Virus record (IMG/VR): IMGVR_UViG_3300038595_000030 | Coordinates: 1-25,481 of that record | Direction: 5' to 3' (one strand) | Length of the DNA stretch: 25,481 nucleotides | From: a virus | Lineage: Duplodnaviria > Caudoviricetes | Part shown: one piece after another, positions 13,796-22,792 of the stretch | Numbering within the stretch: the first letter of the stretch is position 1 | How the letters are laid out: every line of letters starts with the position of its first letter | Notes under the pieces: model-generated | Database searches by the model: none | The model's input: only the letters and a program-made list of their open reading frames with translations | What the model was told of the DNA's origin: nothing | Translations under genes and position numbers: made by a program

Positions 13796-15258
13796 TAGAA
13801 TCCTCTTTGTCTACCTCTATTGTTTGATGCACGCTCACTGCTGAGGAGGATATCCGCCCCCGAGAGCTTTCCGAAGATCTCAACACCGCCCTGCATAGCG
13901 CCACCGAGTCCTCCATTTATTCCAAAGCTCGGCACACCCATAGCGGGTCCACCGAAGTGCTTGAATGCTGTACCAATAGAGCCCAAAGATAGGCCTCCAA
14001 TACCGCCCGTTACGGCGGCGAGCACTACGCTGAGGACTAAGGCCGCAGCAATGGTAGCGGCGAGCTGTGCGAGCATCGCCTTGAGCCCTTGAGCGAATAC
14101 AGTGAAGAAGCTCTCACCGCTTGTAAGGGCCGCGTCAAATGATGAGGTAAGTACATTACCAATGGTACTGCCCAGCTCATCAAAAGCTACAAAAGCATCG
14201 AAGGCGGCTATTGAGAGCGCTTGTGTGGGCTCAACAATCCCCTGGAGGACTGCACCGCCCTGCGTACCTTTTCCAAGCATTGAGTGCGCTTGGTTGAGGG
14301 CATAAATAGCCTCAGTATAGTAGATGGTCTCATTACGAGTTTTCTCCATCTGCTCCTCAGTATCAGCGAGGGCCTGTGTGGTTTGCTTCTGCTGCTCATT
14401 AGAGCTCTCCTGCTCCTTGCGCATCTTCTCACCCTCTTGGCGGCCTTGGCGTAGGGCATTAATCTGCATCCGCATAAGCTCACCCTGTGAGCCTTGGAAG
14501 TAGGAGGCGATAATAGCCAAGCGCTCAACGCCACTAATCTGGTCGCTGAGTAGGGTGCTCAAGGTCTCGAGGCCTCTCTTGGTCTCATCGAGGAACGCTT
14601 TATATGCTGGAGCAAGCTGCTCACCAATCTCTGTCTTAAGGTTGGTGATGGTGGCCTGTTGTGCGGCTATCTGCTCAGAGAGGGTGAGGGTAGCATTGGC
14701 TCCATCAACCATCTGCCGTGAGATGATATTCCCAACAGCCTCAGCCATATCACCCGTCTTATTGAACTCCTCACGGACCTCAACGGCAGAGAACCCTAAG
14801 TTATCCAAGATGGGGAGCGATTTACGAGCAATACCGGTAACGATACTCTCCACCATATAATCGATGCTCTCACCCGTCTCACCAGCACGCTGTTGAGCGA
14901 ACCCTAAGAGATTGCCGAGTTGAGTCAGTGGGATATTAAAGTTATTGGCTTTTACTGCCGCCTTCATAAGCTCGAAGTCGCTCACCGTACCCTTAGTGGC
15001 ACTGCGGAGGTCATCGAGGAGTCCAGGATCATTGAGGCGGTCAAAAGCTGCTTTCACGCCCTCCGCCTGTGCCGCAAGTTGTACCGATTCTGATACAAAC
15101 TGCTTAACAGCATCAACAGCGAAGGAGGCACCAATAACGCCACCCAATGCACCAAAGCCCCCACTTAATTTGCGGAGGCTATGGTCGATGTTGCCCATTG
15201 CGCTGCGGAACTGCTTGAGGTCCGCACCAATCTTAAAGTCTATATCCTGTCGGCTCAT
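13795..15258 (-). CDS. tail tape measure protein
   Basis: Follows the chaperones; Ala/Gly-rich, helical, I.F.IGAD N-terminus, hydrophobic C-terminal segment. Confidence 0.85.
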   Translation of the reverse strand: MSRQDIDFKIGADLKQFRSAMGNIDHSLRKLSGGFGALGGVIGASFAVDAVKQFVSESVQLAAQAEGVKAAFDRLNDPGLLDDLRSATKGTVSDFELMKAAVKANNFNIPLTQLGNLLGFAQQRAGETGESIDYMVESIVTGIARKSLPILDNLGFSAVEVREEFNKTGDMAEAVGNIISRQMVDGANATLTLSEQIAAQQATITNLKTEIGEQLAPAYKAFLDETKRGLETLSTLLSDQISGVERLAIIASYFQGSQGELMRMQINALRQGRQEGEKMRKEQESSNEQQKQTTQALADTEEQMEKTRNETIYYTEAIYALNQAHSMLGKGTQGGAVLQGIVEPTQALSIAAFDAFVAFDELGSTIGNVLTSSFDAALTSGESFFTVFAQGLKAMLAQLAATIAAALVLSVVLAAVTGGIGGLSLGSIGTAFKHFGGPAMGVPSFGINGGLGGAMQGGVEIFGKLSGADILLSSERASNNRGRQRGF

Positions 15259-15593
15259 CTGAACACCTTTTTTATTGCTTCCTGCACTTCTTCAAATGTG
15301 GCGGCCTTATGGTTTGCTTTCTTCCCGTCCCACGGGAATATAACGAGGTCCTTAGGGCCTAACTTCTTTTTGGTGTGGGGAGCGATATTTACCGCTGCCT
15401 GCCACCGTGTGGTCTCCCACATCAGTTGGGTGGTGAACTCCAGTTGTCGCTGGAAGCCTCGCACCTTATTTTGGAACTGCCTCGGAGTCATATTGTAGAG
15501 CTCCTCAACACTGAGTCCCATCTCTCCCAAGCCGATGGCCTCCAAACCATCCCAGTCTATTGGCTCCGACTCAGCTTGGGATGTTACTTTTTT
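15255..15593 (-). CDS. tail assembly chaperone gpT-like part, reached by -1 frameshift
   Basis: EELYNMTPRQF motif; frame continues from slippery A AAA AAG at 15593-15587. Confidence 0.75.
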   Translation of the reverse strand, partial: KKVTSQAESEPIDWDGLEAIGLGEMGLSVEELYNMTPRQFQNKVRGFQRQLEFTTQLMWETTRWQAAVNIAPHTKKKLGPKDLVIFPWDGKKANHKAATFEEVQEAIKKVFR

Positions 15594-15901
15594 TCCGCTC
15601 CGCCTTTGGTGATGAATGAAGCCACGAATATCTCCATACATTGGGAGAGCACAGTGGCATCCTCATCCATTAGGTCGGCAACATCTGCGGGGTCAAGATT
15701 AAACTCCTGCTTCTCAACACGAGCGCCATCCTTCATCCCTGCCCATACCAAATTGATGGCGTGGTCAATGCTTATCTTTTCCGCCAATTCGCTGAGGTCT
15801 TTAAGCTCAAGACCCGAGGCGTTGGTGAATAATCGTAATGCGTTAAACCCGTATTTTACGGGGTACGACTTCTCTGCTATTTTAATGATGTGTGTATTCA
15901 T
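15584..15901 (-). CDS. tail assembly chaperone gpG-like
   Basis: Between tail tube and tape measure; ends GAA AAA AAG TAA. Confidence 0.8.
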   Translation of the reverse strand: MNTHIIKIAEKSYPVKYGFNALRLFTNASGLELKDLSELAEKISIDHAINLVWAGMKDGARVEKQEFNLDPADVADLMDEDATVLSQCMEIFVASFITKGGAEKK

Positions 15902-15915
15902 TGTGTTGTAGTGTT

Positions 15916-15942
15916 AAAATAGGGAGGGCACTGCCCTCCCCT
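15916..15942 (-). terminator. hairpin/terminator after the tail tube gene
   Basis: GGGAGGGCAGUGCCCUCCC followed by UAUUUU. Confidence 0.7.
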
Positions 15943-15948
15943 TAATTC

Positions 15949-16383
15949 TTATGCTTGAGTACCTTGAGTCAAGGTTCCCGTACCTTGGAAGCTAAACGAG
16001 AAGGTAACGTTATCCTCTACACCTGCATCGGTAGAGAACTCAGTTACATAACCCGTACCGCTGTAGTACGCCTCATCGGTAGCCGTAGAGCCGAACTCTA
16101 CATACAACAAGGTGCGTCCGCTTAGATATCCGTAGATATCATCGGGTGTAGCCTTACCACTGTTATTATACACTACCAAGCCCTCACCGCTCAAGGTCCA
16201 AGACTTCTGCCCTTCAAGGACTTCCATCCAGCCTGCGCTGTCTTTGGTGCTCACATCACGCGTTCCCATTGTTACGCTGAGTGATGCGTTGGTCATCTTA
16301 CCAATGGTCTCGTAAGTTACCCCATCGGTACCAATGCGGATAACCACATCGGTGCTATTCATTACTGATGTACTCGCTGCCAT
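15949..16383 (-). CDS. major tail tube protein (TP901-1-like)
   Basis: DVSTKDS.GW...G.KSW.LS.EG, YSG..YVT, TFSFSFQGTG.L. Confidence 0.9.
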   Translation of the reverse strand: MAASTSVMNSTDVVIRIGTDGVTYETIGKMTNASLSVTMGTRDVSTKDSAGWMEVLEGQKSWTLSGEGLVVYNNSGKATPDDIYGYLSGRTLLYVEFGSTATDEAYYSGTGYVTEFSTDAGVEDNVTFSFSFQGTGTLTQGTQA

Positions 16384-16394
16384 CTTTCTTAATT

Positions 16395-16784
16395 TTATGA
16401 TTTCACTATTCTAAACACTAAATCAACGGAGATCGCATAAGTCTCCTCATCTGGGTTGTACTGCTCATTTTGATTGTCAAACCCACACGATTGAACATTC
16501 ACGCCCTCTATTGTTTCTCTCATTCGCACAAAAGCTGTGCGTATATCTTCCACTGCGGTCTGCAGTGTTCCATAATTATCACCAACCAATACCAGCTCAA
16601 CATTTACAACATCAATATGGCTATCGGCATCTTTCGAGCCCTCTGGACGTATGCTTGTTACATCATACATACAGAAAGGAGTTGGTCCCGCTTGGGCACC
16701 AATGAGAGGATATACACGCCCAGCGAATACGCTGTTTAGCGCGGCGGTATTATCGAACTTGTACTTAATTACCTTACCAATCAT
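16395..16784 (-). CDS. tail terminator/completion protein (DUF3168-like)
   Basis: GRVYPL...P.PF..Y motif; gene order. Confidence 0.75.
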   Translation of the reverse strand: MIGKVIKYKFDNTAALNSVFAGRVYPLIGAQAGPTPFCMYDVTSIRPEGSKDADSHIDVVNVELVLVGDNYGTLQTAVEDIRTAFVRMRETIEGVNVQSCGFDNQNEQYNPDEETYAISVDLVFRIVKS

Positions 16785-17311
16785 CGCAATCCTACTCTTT
16801 GCCCGAATTTTAACTTCTTTATCTCAGTTTTTACCTTTTGTCCAAAGGTACGAACAAAGCGCACACGCACCTTATTCTTTGCACCAGTCTGCGCCTTTTG
16901 AGCGAAGCCTCGGTTCTTACCGCTGTAGTCTTTTCCAGCACCAACCTGCAACCATCCGAAGTTGATGAACCCTGCATACCATCCACCCTTCTCTGGATCC
17001 CTAAAGGACCCGCTACGGCGTGGACCAACCGAAGCACCAAAAGCATTAGCGCTGTTGAGGTACTTTGGGAACTTAATGCCCACACTTCGGCGCAATTGGC
17101 CTGGAATAATCTCAGCGTATATTTTACCATCTCGGTACACCTTGAATACTTCATCGGCATCCTTGATGTTCTTTTTATACGATTGTACCATAGGCTTGAG
17201 GGACTCTCGAGCTACTTTCTTGAGTACCTTCTTTTTGATGCGGTCATCGAGCTTCTTCAGCTTTCTCATCACCTCATCAACACCCTCAATGCTTACGCGT
17301 ACATCTTCCAT
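16781..17311 (-). CDS. HK97 gp10-like tail component
   Basis: IEGVDEVMRKLKKL, GQLRRS, WYAGFINFG; gene order. Confidence 0.75.
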   Translation of the reverse strand: MEDVRVSIEGVDEVMRKLKKLDDRIKKKVLKKVARESLKPMVQSYKKNIKDADEVFKVYRDGKIYAEIIPGQLRRSVGIKFPKYLNSANAFGASVGPRRSGSFRDPEKGGWYAGFINFGWLQVGAGKDYSGKNRGFAQKAQTGAKNKVRVRFVRTFGQKVKTEIKKLKFGQRVGLR

Positions 17312-17640
17312 TATTCTGCATCAGACCATAGGCATACGAGCTTGAGGTAAGCCTTGCGCTCATCGGCCACTTGTATAGTCTGTATTTTATATGTATTGCT
17401 GTTGTATGATACTCGCATCTGCTCATCCACATCGGTACGGTAGCGAATAATAAACTCTACCTTCTTTGTGGAGGCCAGCATATCGCCTTGTTCTCCCTCT
17501 GAACCTACCTTCTCCTTTACATTAGCCCACACAGTTGCAAGGGTGCTGTAGCTCTTTACCTCCTGCCCAAAAGCATCGGTACTTTCGCTATACCCTTGAA
17601 TGACTATTCTCCTATCGAGCTGTCCTGCTTGGTCAATCAT
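17311..17640 (-). CDS. head closure protein (SPP1 gp16-like)
   Basis: GQLDRRIVIQ...D.FG...TVWA...F.IRYR.D...MR. Confidence 0.9.
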   Translation of the reverse strand: MIDQAGQLDRRIVIQGYSESTDAFGQEVKSYSTLATVWANVKEKVGSEGEQGDMLASTKKVEFIIRYRTDVDEQMRVSYNSNTYKIQTIQVADERKAYLKLVCLWSDAE

Positions 17641-18209
17641 TAGAAGGTGAATATTCTAAATGGGTTGAATAGATATTCTGAGGCCGTTGGGAGCTGTCTC
17701 ACGCGGTCATCACGCTTATCGTATAGGTCGCTAATGATAAGGAGCATTCCTTGCTTTAGAGGCGTAGGAATAGCGGCCACATCAGTACCTACCGTATAGC
17801 GCACAATCACTTGGTTAATGATGCCATTGGTGGCGAACCATCCAGCAGTTGAAGCAATGCGGGCAGGTTCGCTGATGGTATCCACCACATAATATGATGA
17901 GTCCACAGTCTGCTCCGAACCTATTTCGTCCACATACTTCACACTCGTTACCGATTGAACAGGACCACGACTCAAATAGATGATATCCTTATCGGTGGCG
18001 TTCTTATAATTTGGGAAGCCATCGTAGTATTCATCAATTGTAGTCGTAACCAATATGCGGCGAGTATATTGCTCACACATTTCCCTGGCCGCAGAGATAA
18101 GCGCTGAGATAAGCGTATCATCAGCATCAGTATCTACGCGGAGGAAATTCTTCGCCTCCGTTAAGGTGATGGGCTCAGAAGCCGCTGCTGTTACAATCGA
18201 GTAAGCCAT
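17640..18209 (-). CDS. head-tail connector (HK97 gp6/SPP1 gp15-like)
   Basis: EPITLTEAKNFLRVD...DD.LI..LI.AARE.CE.YT.R. Confidence 0.9.
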   Translation of the reverse strand: MAYSIVTAAASEPITLTEAKNFLRVDTDADDTLISALISAAREMCEQYTRRILVTTTIDEYYDGFPNYKNATDKDIIYLSRGPVQSVTSVKYVDEIGSEQTVDSSYYVVDTISEPARIASTAGWFATNGIINQVIVRYTVGTDVAAIPTPLKQGMLLIISDLYDKRDDRVRQLPTASEYLFNPFRIFTF

Positions 18210-18398
18210 TTATCGTGTTTCTTTTGCTTTGGGTTTTGCCACACTTTTCTTGGCACGCTTCGCAGGTGGTTCAGCAACCGCCACGCAGAAGCCTGCGTTC
18301 AAAAAGTCATTAGCCATCTCTGCGGGAAGGTCCGCCTCTTGGCCATCCAAGAAGCGGAACCCTGTCCCAGAGATATTGGTTGTAAACCTAACCTTCAT
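18210..18398 (-). CDS. small basic-tailed protein after the capsid gene
   Basis: 62 aa, G...DLP...A..F...G pattern with Lys/Ala tail; translationally coupled. Confidence 0.7.
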   Translation of the reverse strand: MKVRFTTNISGTGFRFLDGQEADLPAEMANDFLNAGFCVAVAEPPAKRAKKSVAKPKAKETR

Positions 18399-19597
18399 TA
18401 GGCTTGTACCAAGTGTTTAACAGCAGCACTGTTCAACACTTTAGAGTCAGAACGCTTCCAGCTCACGAAACCTACTTCGAGCTCATCAGCAAAACGCTCG
18501 TTCAAGCGTAGCATCTGAACACCACCAGCGTTACGAACTACGAACTGGCTGAAGTCAGCAGCTACGATAGTTTTCTCGCCTGTAGCGATGCTTGAAGCCA
18601 TATCGTTGTTCACATATACTGGAACACCGAATACGCGGTCTGGCTGTCCCATTTCCATTGAAGGAATGAATACAGGGAAGTCGTTAGAGCTTCCGATACC
18701 CAATGCGCGGATTGCAGCGATCACGTTATCGTGAGCCATCAAACCGAAAGATGCTTTATTGCGGTAAGAAGCATCAACGCTGTAGATAAGGTCAAGAATC
18801 TCAGCAGCAGTGATAGCTGTTGCAGAAGCAGCAGTCTTACCAGCAGCTGAACCTGTAACCAAACCTTGAGGCTGGCTTGAGCCTGTACCTGTAGTGAAGG
18901 CAGCGTTAGTAGCACGAGCGATACGCTCACCCATAGCTTCAACCAAGAACGCATCCAAGTCGAAGGCGCTATCTTGAAGCAATTGCTGAGATACACGAAC
19001 CAAAGAGCTGTAGTTGTAAGCACTCAATTGAGCGTTACCGAATGTCATATCTTGAACAGTTACAGCAGAACCTTCAGAGATAAGACCAGCATCAGTAGCA
19101 GTATCGTTCAACGTTGGGTAGTCCAACAAGCCACCAGAAGCAGTGTTCAATTTCTTAGCCAAACGCTCAACCTCACCTGTGAAGGCAGAAGCGATGTTCA
19201 ATTCATTGCTGAACTCTTGTGGTACCAAGTAACCACCCAAAGAGTCAGTACCTACCACTTGAGTAGAAGTACCACGCTTCTGAACCATTGCACGCTCCTC
19301 AGCAGTCAATGCACCGAAGCCGTGGCGTAGGTACTTAGAGAATGCATCTTTAGCGTTTGCCTTTGGAGCAGCAGCACGAGCTTCGCCTTCCATTGAAGCA
19401 ATCTCTTTCTTCAATTCAGCGTTGCGCTCAATAATTTCAATCTCTTGCTTAAGACCACGAGCATCCGCTTCGATAGCCTCAAACTTAGATTTCTCTTCTG
19501 AGGTCATAGAACGACCTTCGGCCTGTGCAGCAGCTACAATTGCATCAGCATCTTTGATGAGCTGCGCACGGCGTCCTCTTAATTCGATGTTTTTCAT
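18398..19597 (-). CDS. major capsid protein, HK97 fold with N-terminal delta domain
   Basis: Coiled-coil N-terminus, GGYLVPQEF, VSQQLLQDS, F.TGTG..QP.G. Confidence 0.95.
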   Translation of the reverse strand: MKNIELRGRRAQLIKDADAIVAAAQAEGRSMTSEEKSKFEAIEADARGLKQEIEIIERNAELKKEIASMEGEARAAAPKANAKDAFSKYLRHGFGALTAEERAMVQKRGTSTQVVGTDSLGGYLVPQEFSNELNIASAFTGEVERLAKKLNTASGGLLDYPTLNDTATDAGLISEGSAVTVQDMTFGNAQLSAYNYSSLVRVSQQLLQDSAFDLDAFLVEAMGERIARATNAAFTTGTGSSQPQGLVTGSAAGKTAASATAITAAEILDLIYSVDASYRNKASFGLMAHDNVIAAIRALGIGSSNDFPVFIPSMEMGQPDRVFGVPVYVNNDMASSIATGEKTIVAADFSQFVVRNAGGVQMLRLNERFADELEVGFVSWKRSDSKVLNSAAVKHLVQA

Positions 19598-19598
19598 C

Positions 19599-20876
19599 TT
19601 AATCGATTTTTAGGAGTTTGAGTTTATATTCAAAGATTTCAATATCTGACACTTCCTCACCATTAGCGGCTTCCGCCTTAACCTCTGGTTCGGCACCCTC
19701 AGATACGGGGGTGTTATTTCTTACGAGCTCACTTGTAGCATCGGGGTAGGCAGGTTGTGCCACTGGCGATACATCCAAGAGTCTCGATACTTTCTCAATA
19801 ATACGGTAGGTCTTACCACCACGTTCTTCCCATCTATCACGTTCAATAAGGAACGCAAAAGAGCTTTGATTCACATCGCCGCGCTTCATCAGCTCCACCA
19901 AGTCATTGGCATAGCTTGTATTCGGCATATCAACCTCATACCAAAGGCCACGATCATCAACACCAATACGCAGGGTGCCGCTTGATACTCTACCTAATAG
20001 AAGATTCTCATCGTGGTTAAAGTAGGCACGAACATCATTGTCCAAGACACTATCAAAAGCGCCAGGAGCAATCTGCTCATAAAAGCCACCCATCCACTCG
20101 GAATCGCTGTTATATACCGCCGCATACCCACGAACGATGCTGCCGTTGTACTCAGCATTCTCAAGGCGAAACTCACGCTTCTCAATCACAGCCTTATGGC
20201 CACGAACCTCAGCATCGTATTTCTCAAGAGTGGAGAATTTATGTACCACGTTGAGCACTGGCTTGCGCTCAATGTATGCCTCCTCCTCTGATGAGTAGCG
20301 GTAGATGCGGATAAGGGCCGCAGGATCATCAGCGGTACCTGTAATGGTAAAGCCACTGTCCGCTTCCAATTCACCATCACGAGAGATGTTGATAATAACG
20401 CCGTAAGCGTTACCACCCGAAGTGCTCCAGCGCACGAAGTCTCCAACCTCAAGCTCATCAGCTTCGGCGCGGTCCTCTTTAGCGCTCATCTCCTCGGGCA
20501 TCTTACCCTTACCGAACGAGATGATAATCTCATCATCGGTCTCTACAATTTCTTTTATGTGTCTTTTCATCTCCTCTGAGTCTAATGTTTCTGCTGCCCA
20601 TTCGAGCATCTCATCACCGCCCCACGCTGCATACATAATAGAGCCACACACTTGGTTGCCATCCTCATCAAAGAACTCACCCGTATCGTACACCTTCGCA
20701 CGAGAGAGGAAGCTAAAGATGCGAGGCAGGCGGTCGTGGCTTACAACCTCTCTATTGGCCAAAATACGGGCGGTATTCCACCCCACTACGGTGCCGCAGT
20801 CCGTACCTTCCTCTTTGAGGTCAAGAGCACGCTGGGCGTTCTCAGTGGCTGCTTGCGGGTAATTGGTCCAAGGCAT
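19599..20876 (-). CDS. HK97-family prohead protease (S78) with two extra N-terminal domains
   Basis: GYAAVYNS, FYEQIAPGAF, FNHD, GRV.SGTL, SSFAF, DVSPVAQPAYP. Confidence 0.92.
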   Translation of the reverse strand: MPWTNYPQAATENAQRALDLKEEGTDCGTVVGWNTARILANREVVSHDRLPRIFSFLSRAKVYDTGEFFDEDGNQVCGSIMYAAWGGDEMLEWAAETLDSEEMKRHIKEIVETDDEIIISFGKGKMPEEMSAKEDRAEADELEVGDFVRWSTSGGNAYGVIINISRDGELEADSGFTITGTADDPAALIRIYRYSSEEEAYIERKPVLNVVHKFSTLEKYDAEVRGHKAVIEKREFRLENAEYNGSIVRGYAAVYNSDSEWMGGFYEQIAPGAFDSVLDNDVRAYFNHDENLLLGRVSSGTLRIGVDDRGLWYEVDMPNTSYANDLVELMKRGDVNQSSFAFLIERDRWEERGGKTYRIIEKVSRLLDVSPVAQPAYPDATSELVRNNTPVSEGAEPEVKAEAANGEEVSDIEIFEYKLKLLKID

Positions 20877-22084
20877 TACTCAGCGGTGTTATCGGTTCCA
20901 GCATCAACCATATTCAATGGCTGTAAGTAAGTATCTCCACCTTCGATAGGGTCAAGGTTCTCGTGCTTACGGATATCATTAACACTCAACCATCCCCATT
21001 GGCGAGCAATGGCGTAAGATGAGTATCTGCTATTGATATCTCCACGAAGAAGCCCATCCATATTGAAGCGGATGCGGTAGTCTTTTTGATTCGGGAACAG
21101 CTTGCGGTTAAATTCCGCCTCCCAGCGCTTCACCCACGGAAGGATGGTATTGCGTTGGAATTGTATGCCCTGCTCCTCAATATTCGCTCTTGTTGAGCTG
21201 TTCTCTAATGATCCAAGATACGCCAATGGAATACGGAAGAATCGAGCAATATCTTCCACACCAAACTTGCGGGTCTCCAAGAATTGAGACTCTGATGGTG
21301 AAATGCTCACCTTCTCTACAGTCATACCTTCTTCGAGAATCGCTGTTTTATGGGCGTTATCTAATCCAGAGTATCTGCGCTGCCAAGAGCTCATCAAACG
21401 CTTGTAGGCCTCATCTGAGAGCCTTCCTGGGTGCTTGAGCACTGCGCTTACATTGGCACCATTGCCAAAGAATGAGCCACCGAATTGGTCAGCAGCCAAA
21501 CCAAGGCCAATGCTCTCACGAGCCGCCTCAATAACACTCTTACCTACTACACCATCAAAAGAGAGCCCTAAGATGTGAATCATCTCCGTATCGTCAAAGG
21601 TCTCCTTACCATCGTCAATGGTGTAGAACTTCTCATCTTTATACACCTTCACCTGCACACGGTCGGGGTGCACAGGAATGAGCTTCACCGCTTGACCAGC
21701 CTCATTGCGGCGGATCGCGATGAACGCATTGCCGTGGAGGCAAAGATGCGCCTGGCAGACCTCACGGAAGTTAAAGTCCGTCATCATACCATTAGGCTCG
21801 TGGATAAGTGTATTGATTGGGTGCGCAGTAGCGTTGCGCGTTGTACCATCTACATCCTGCTTAACCTCCCAAGGGAGTGAGGCAATAGTCTCAGAAATAA
21901 CACGGACCGCTCCAAATACAGCAGAGAGGCGCATTGCGCTATCCTCAGTTATGGCAATACCTGTCTTTGAAGCTGAACCATCAAACATCCAAGATGCTGG
22001 GTTCGCCAAAGAGGTGGATGGTCTATTCGGGGAGGCACGGAACGCACCCAATAAGCGACCGAATAGGTTTTGATTTTCCGCCAT
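20876..22084 (-). CDS. portal protein, HK97 family
   Basis: SAVFGAVRVISETIASLP, LHGNAF, ILEEGM, QFLETRKF...IARFFRIP. Confidence 0.95.
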   Translation of the reverse strand: MAENQNLFGRLLGAFRASPNRPSTSLANPASWMFDGSASKTGIAITEDSAMRLSAVFGAVRVISETIASLPWEVKQDVDGTTRNATAHPINTLIHEPNGMMTDFNFREVCQAHLCLHGNAFIAIRRNEAGQAVKLIPVHPDRVQVKVYKDEKFYTIDDGKETFDDTEMIHILGLSFDGVVGKSVIEAARESIGLGLAADQFGGSFFGNGANVSAVLKHPGRLSDEAYKRLMSSWQRRYSGLDNAHKTAILEEGMTVEKVSISPSESQFLETRKFGVEDIARFFRIPLAYLGSLENSSTRANIEEQGIQFQRNTILPWVKRWEAEFNRKLFPNQKDYRIRFNMDGLLRGDINSRYSSYAIARQWGWLSVNDIRKHENLDPIEGGDTYLQPLNMVDAGTDNTAE

Positions 22085-22113
22085 AATAGGATAAGATAGT
22101 TGTAATTACACTC

Positions 22114-22121
22114 CAAATATA
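22114..22121 (-). promoter_or_regulatory. Bacteroidota -7 promoter element upstream of portal
   Basis: TATATTTG(GAG), same context as 5724; lies just downstream of a terminator. Confidence 0.65.
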
Positions 22122-22158
22122 ACTATCTCTCAATGCTATGGCCCAATAAGTTAGCAAC

Positions 22159-22185
22159 AAAAAGCCCCCTCATCGCTGAGGGGGC
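22159..22185 (-). terminator. intrinsic terminator between terL region and portal
   Basis: GCCCCCUCA-GCGA-UGAGGGGGC-UUUUU. Confidence 0.85.
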
Positions 22186-22226
22186 CGTACCGCTTAACAC
22201 ACTAAGAAAAACCAAAAACCAAATGA

Positions 22227-22421
22227 CTAATTCAGCGGCACTCTGACAAAGCTACCCTTTTTGATTCGCTCCGCCAAAGCATTGAGTGTAAACTTAACCC
22301 GAATATTGGGTTTCATTATATCGGTCAAGATCGCCACACCATTCTCGATGCGCTCGAGCTTATACATCCATTTAAACTTTGGTGATTGAAACACCTCACC
22401 AATTGTAAAATCCTTTTTCAT
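22227..22421 (-). CDS. 64-aa basic protein, moron-like insert
   Basis: AT-rich, own terminator, possible TATATTGC promoter at 22446-22453. Confidence 0.65.
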   Translation of the reverse strand: MKKDFTIGEVFQSPKFKWMYKLERIENGVAILTDIMKPNIRVKFTLNALAERIKKGSFVRVPLN

Positions 22422-22492
22422 ATCATTTGAGTTTTGGTTACAGGTGCAATATATATCAAAATTCTAAACCACTGGATATATACATACATTTT

Positions 22493-22643
22493 TTTTACCA
22501 GCTATGCACGCATCTATTTACCTACTCGGGCCGATAAGGCCCGATAGGGAAATAAATGCAAATGGTAAAATCGCTTGATTTTGTTTTTTTTCTCCCTATA
22601 TATAGCAGGAGAAAAAAGAAAATTAACAGAAAATTGTTAATAA
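22493..22643. repeat. structured dispersed repeat, copy 2
   Basis: Same three modules and order as 5852-5999. Confidence 0.9.
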
Positions 22644-22792
22644 AGTACCTTTTTCACCTTGTAGTGCCTCCCCTCGAAAATCATCAAAACCTCATAAGTT
22701 TGGTCTGGATTGAGCACCAAAATGGGTGAATAGTTATGTATATCAAATAACCAAAGCGCTATTTTCCACGCCTCATCTCTACTTAATCCCAT
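22637..22792 (-). CDS. 51-aa hypothetical protein coupled to terL; not in ORF track
   Basis: TGATG overlap with terL stop; MGLSRDEAWKIALWLFDIHNYSPILVLNPDQTYEVLMIFEGRHYKVKKVLY. Confidence 0.55.
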   Translation of the reverse strand: MGLSRDEAWKIALWLFDIHNYSPILVLNPDQTYEVLMIFEGRHYKVKKVLY

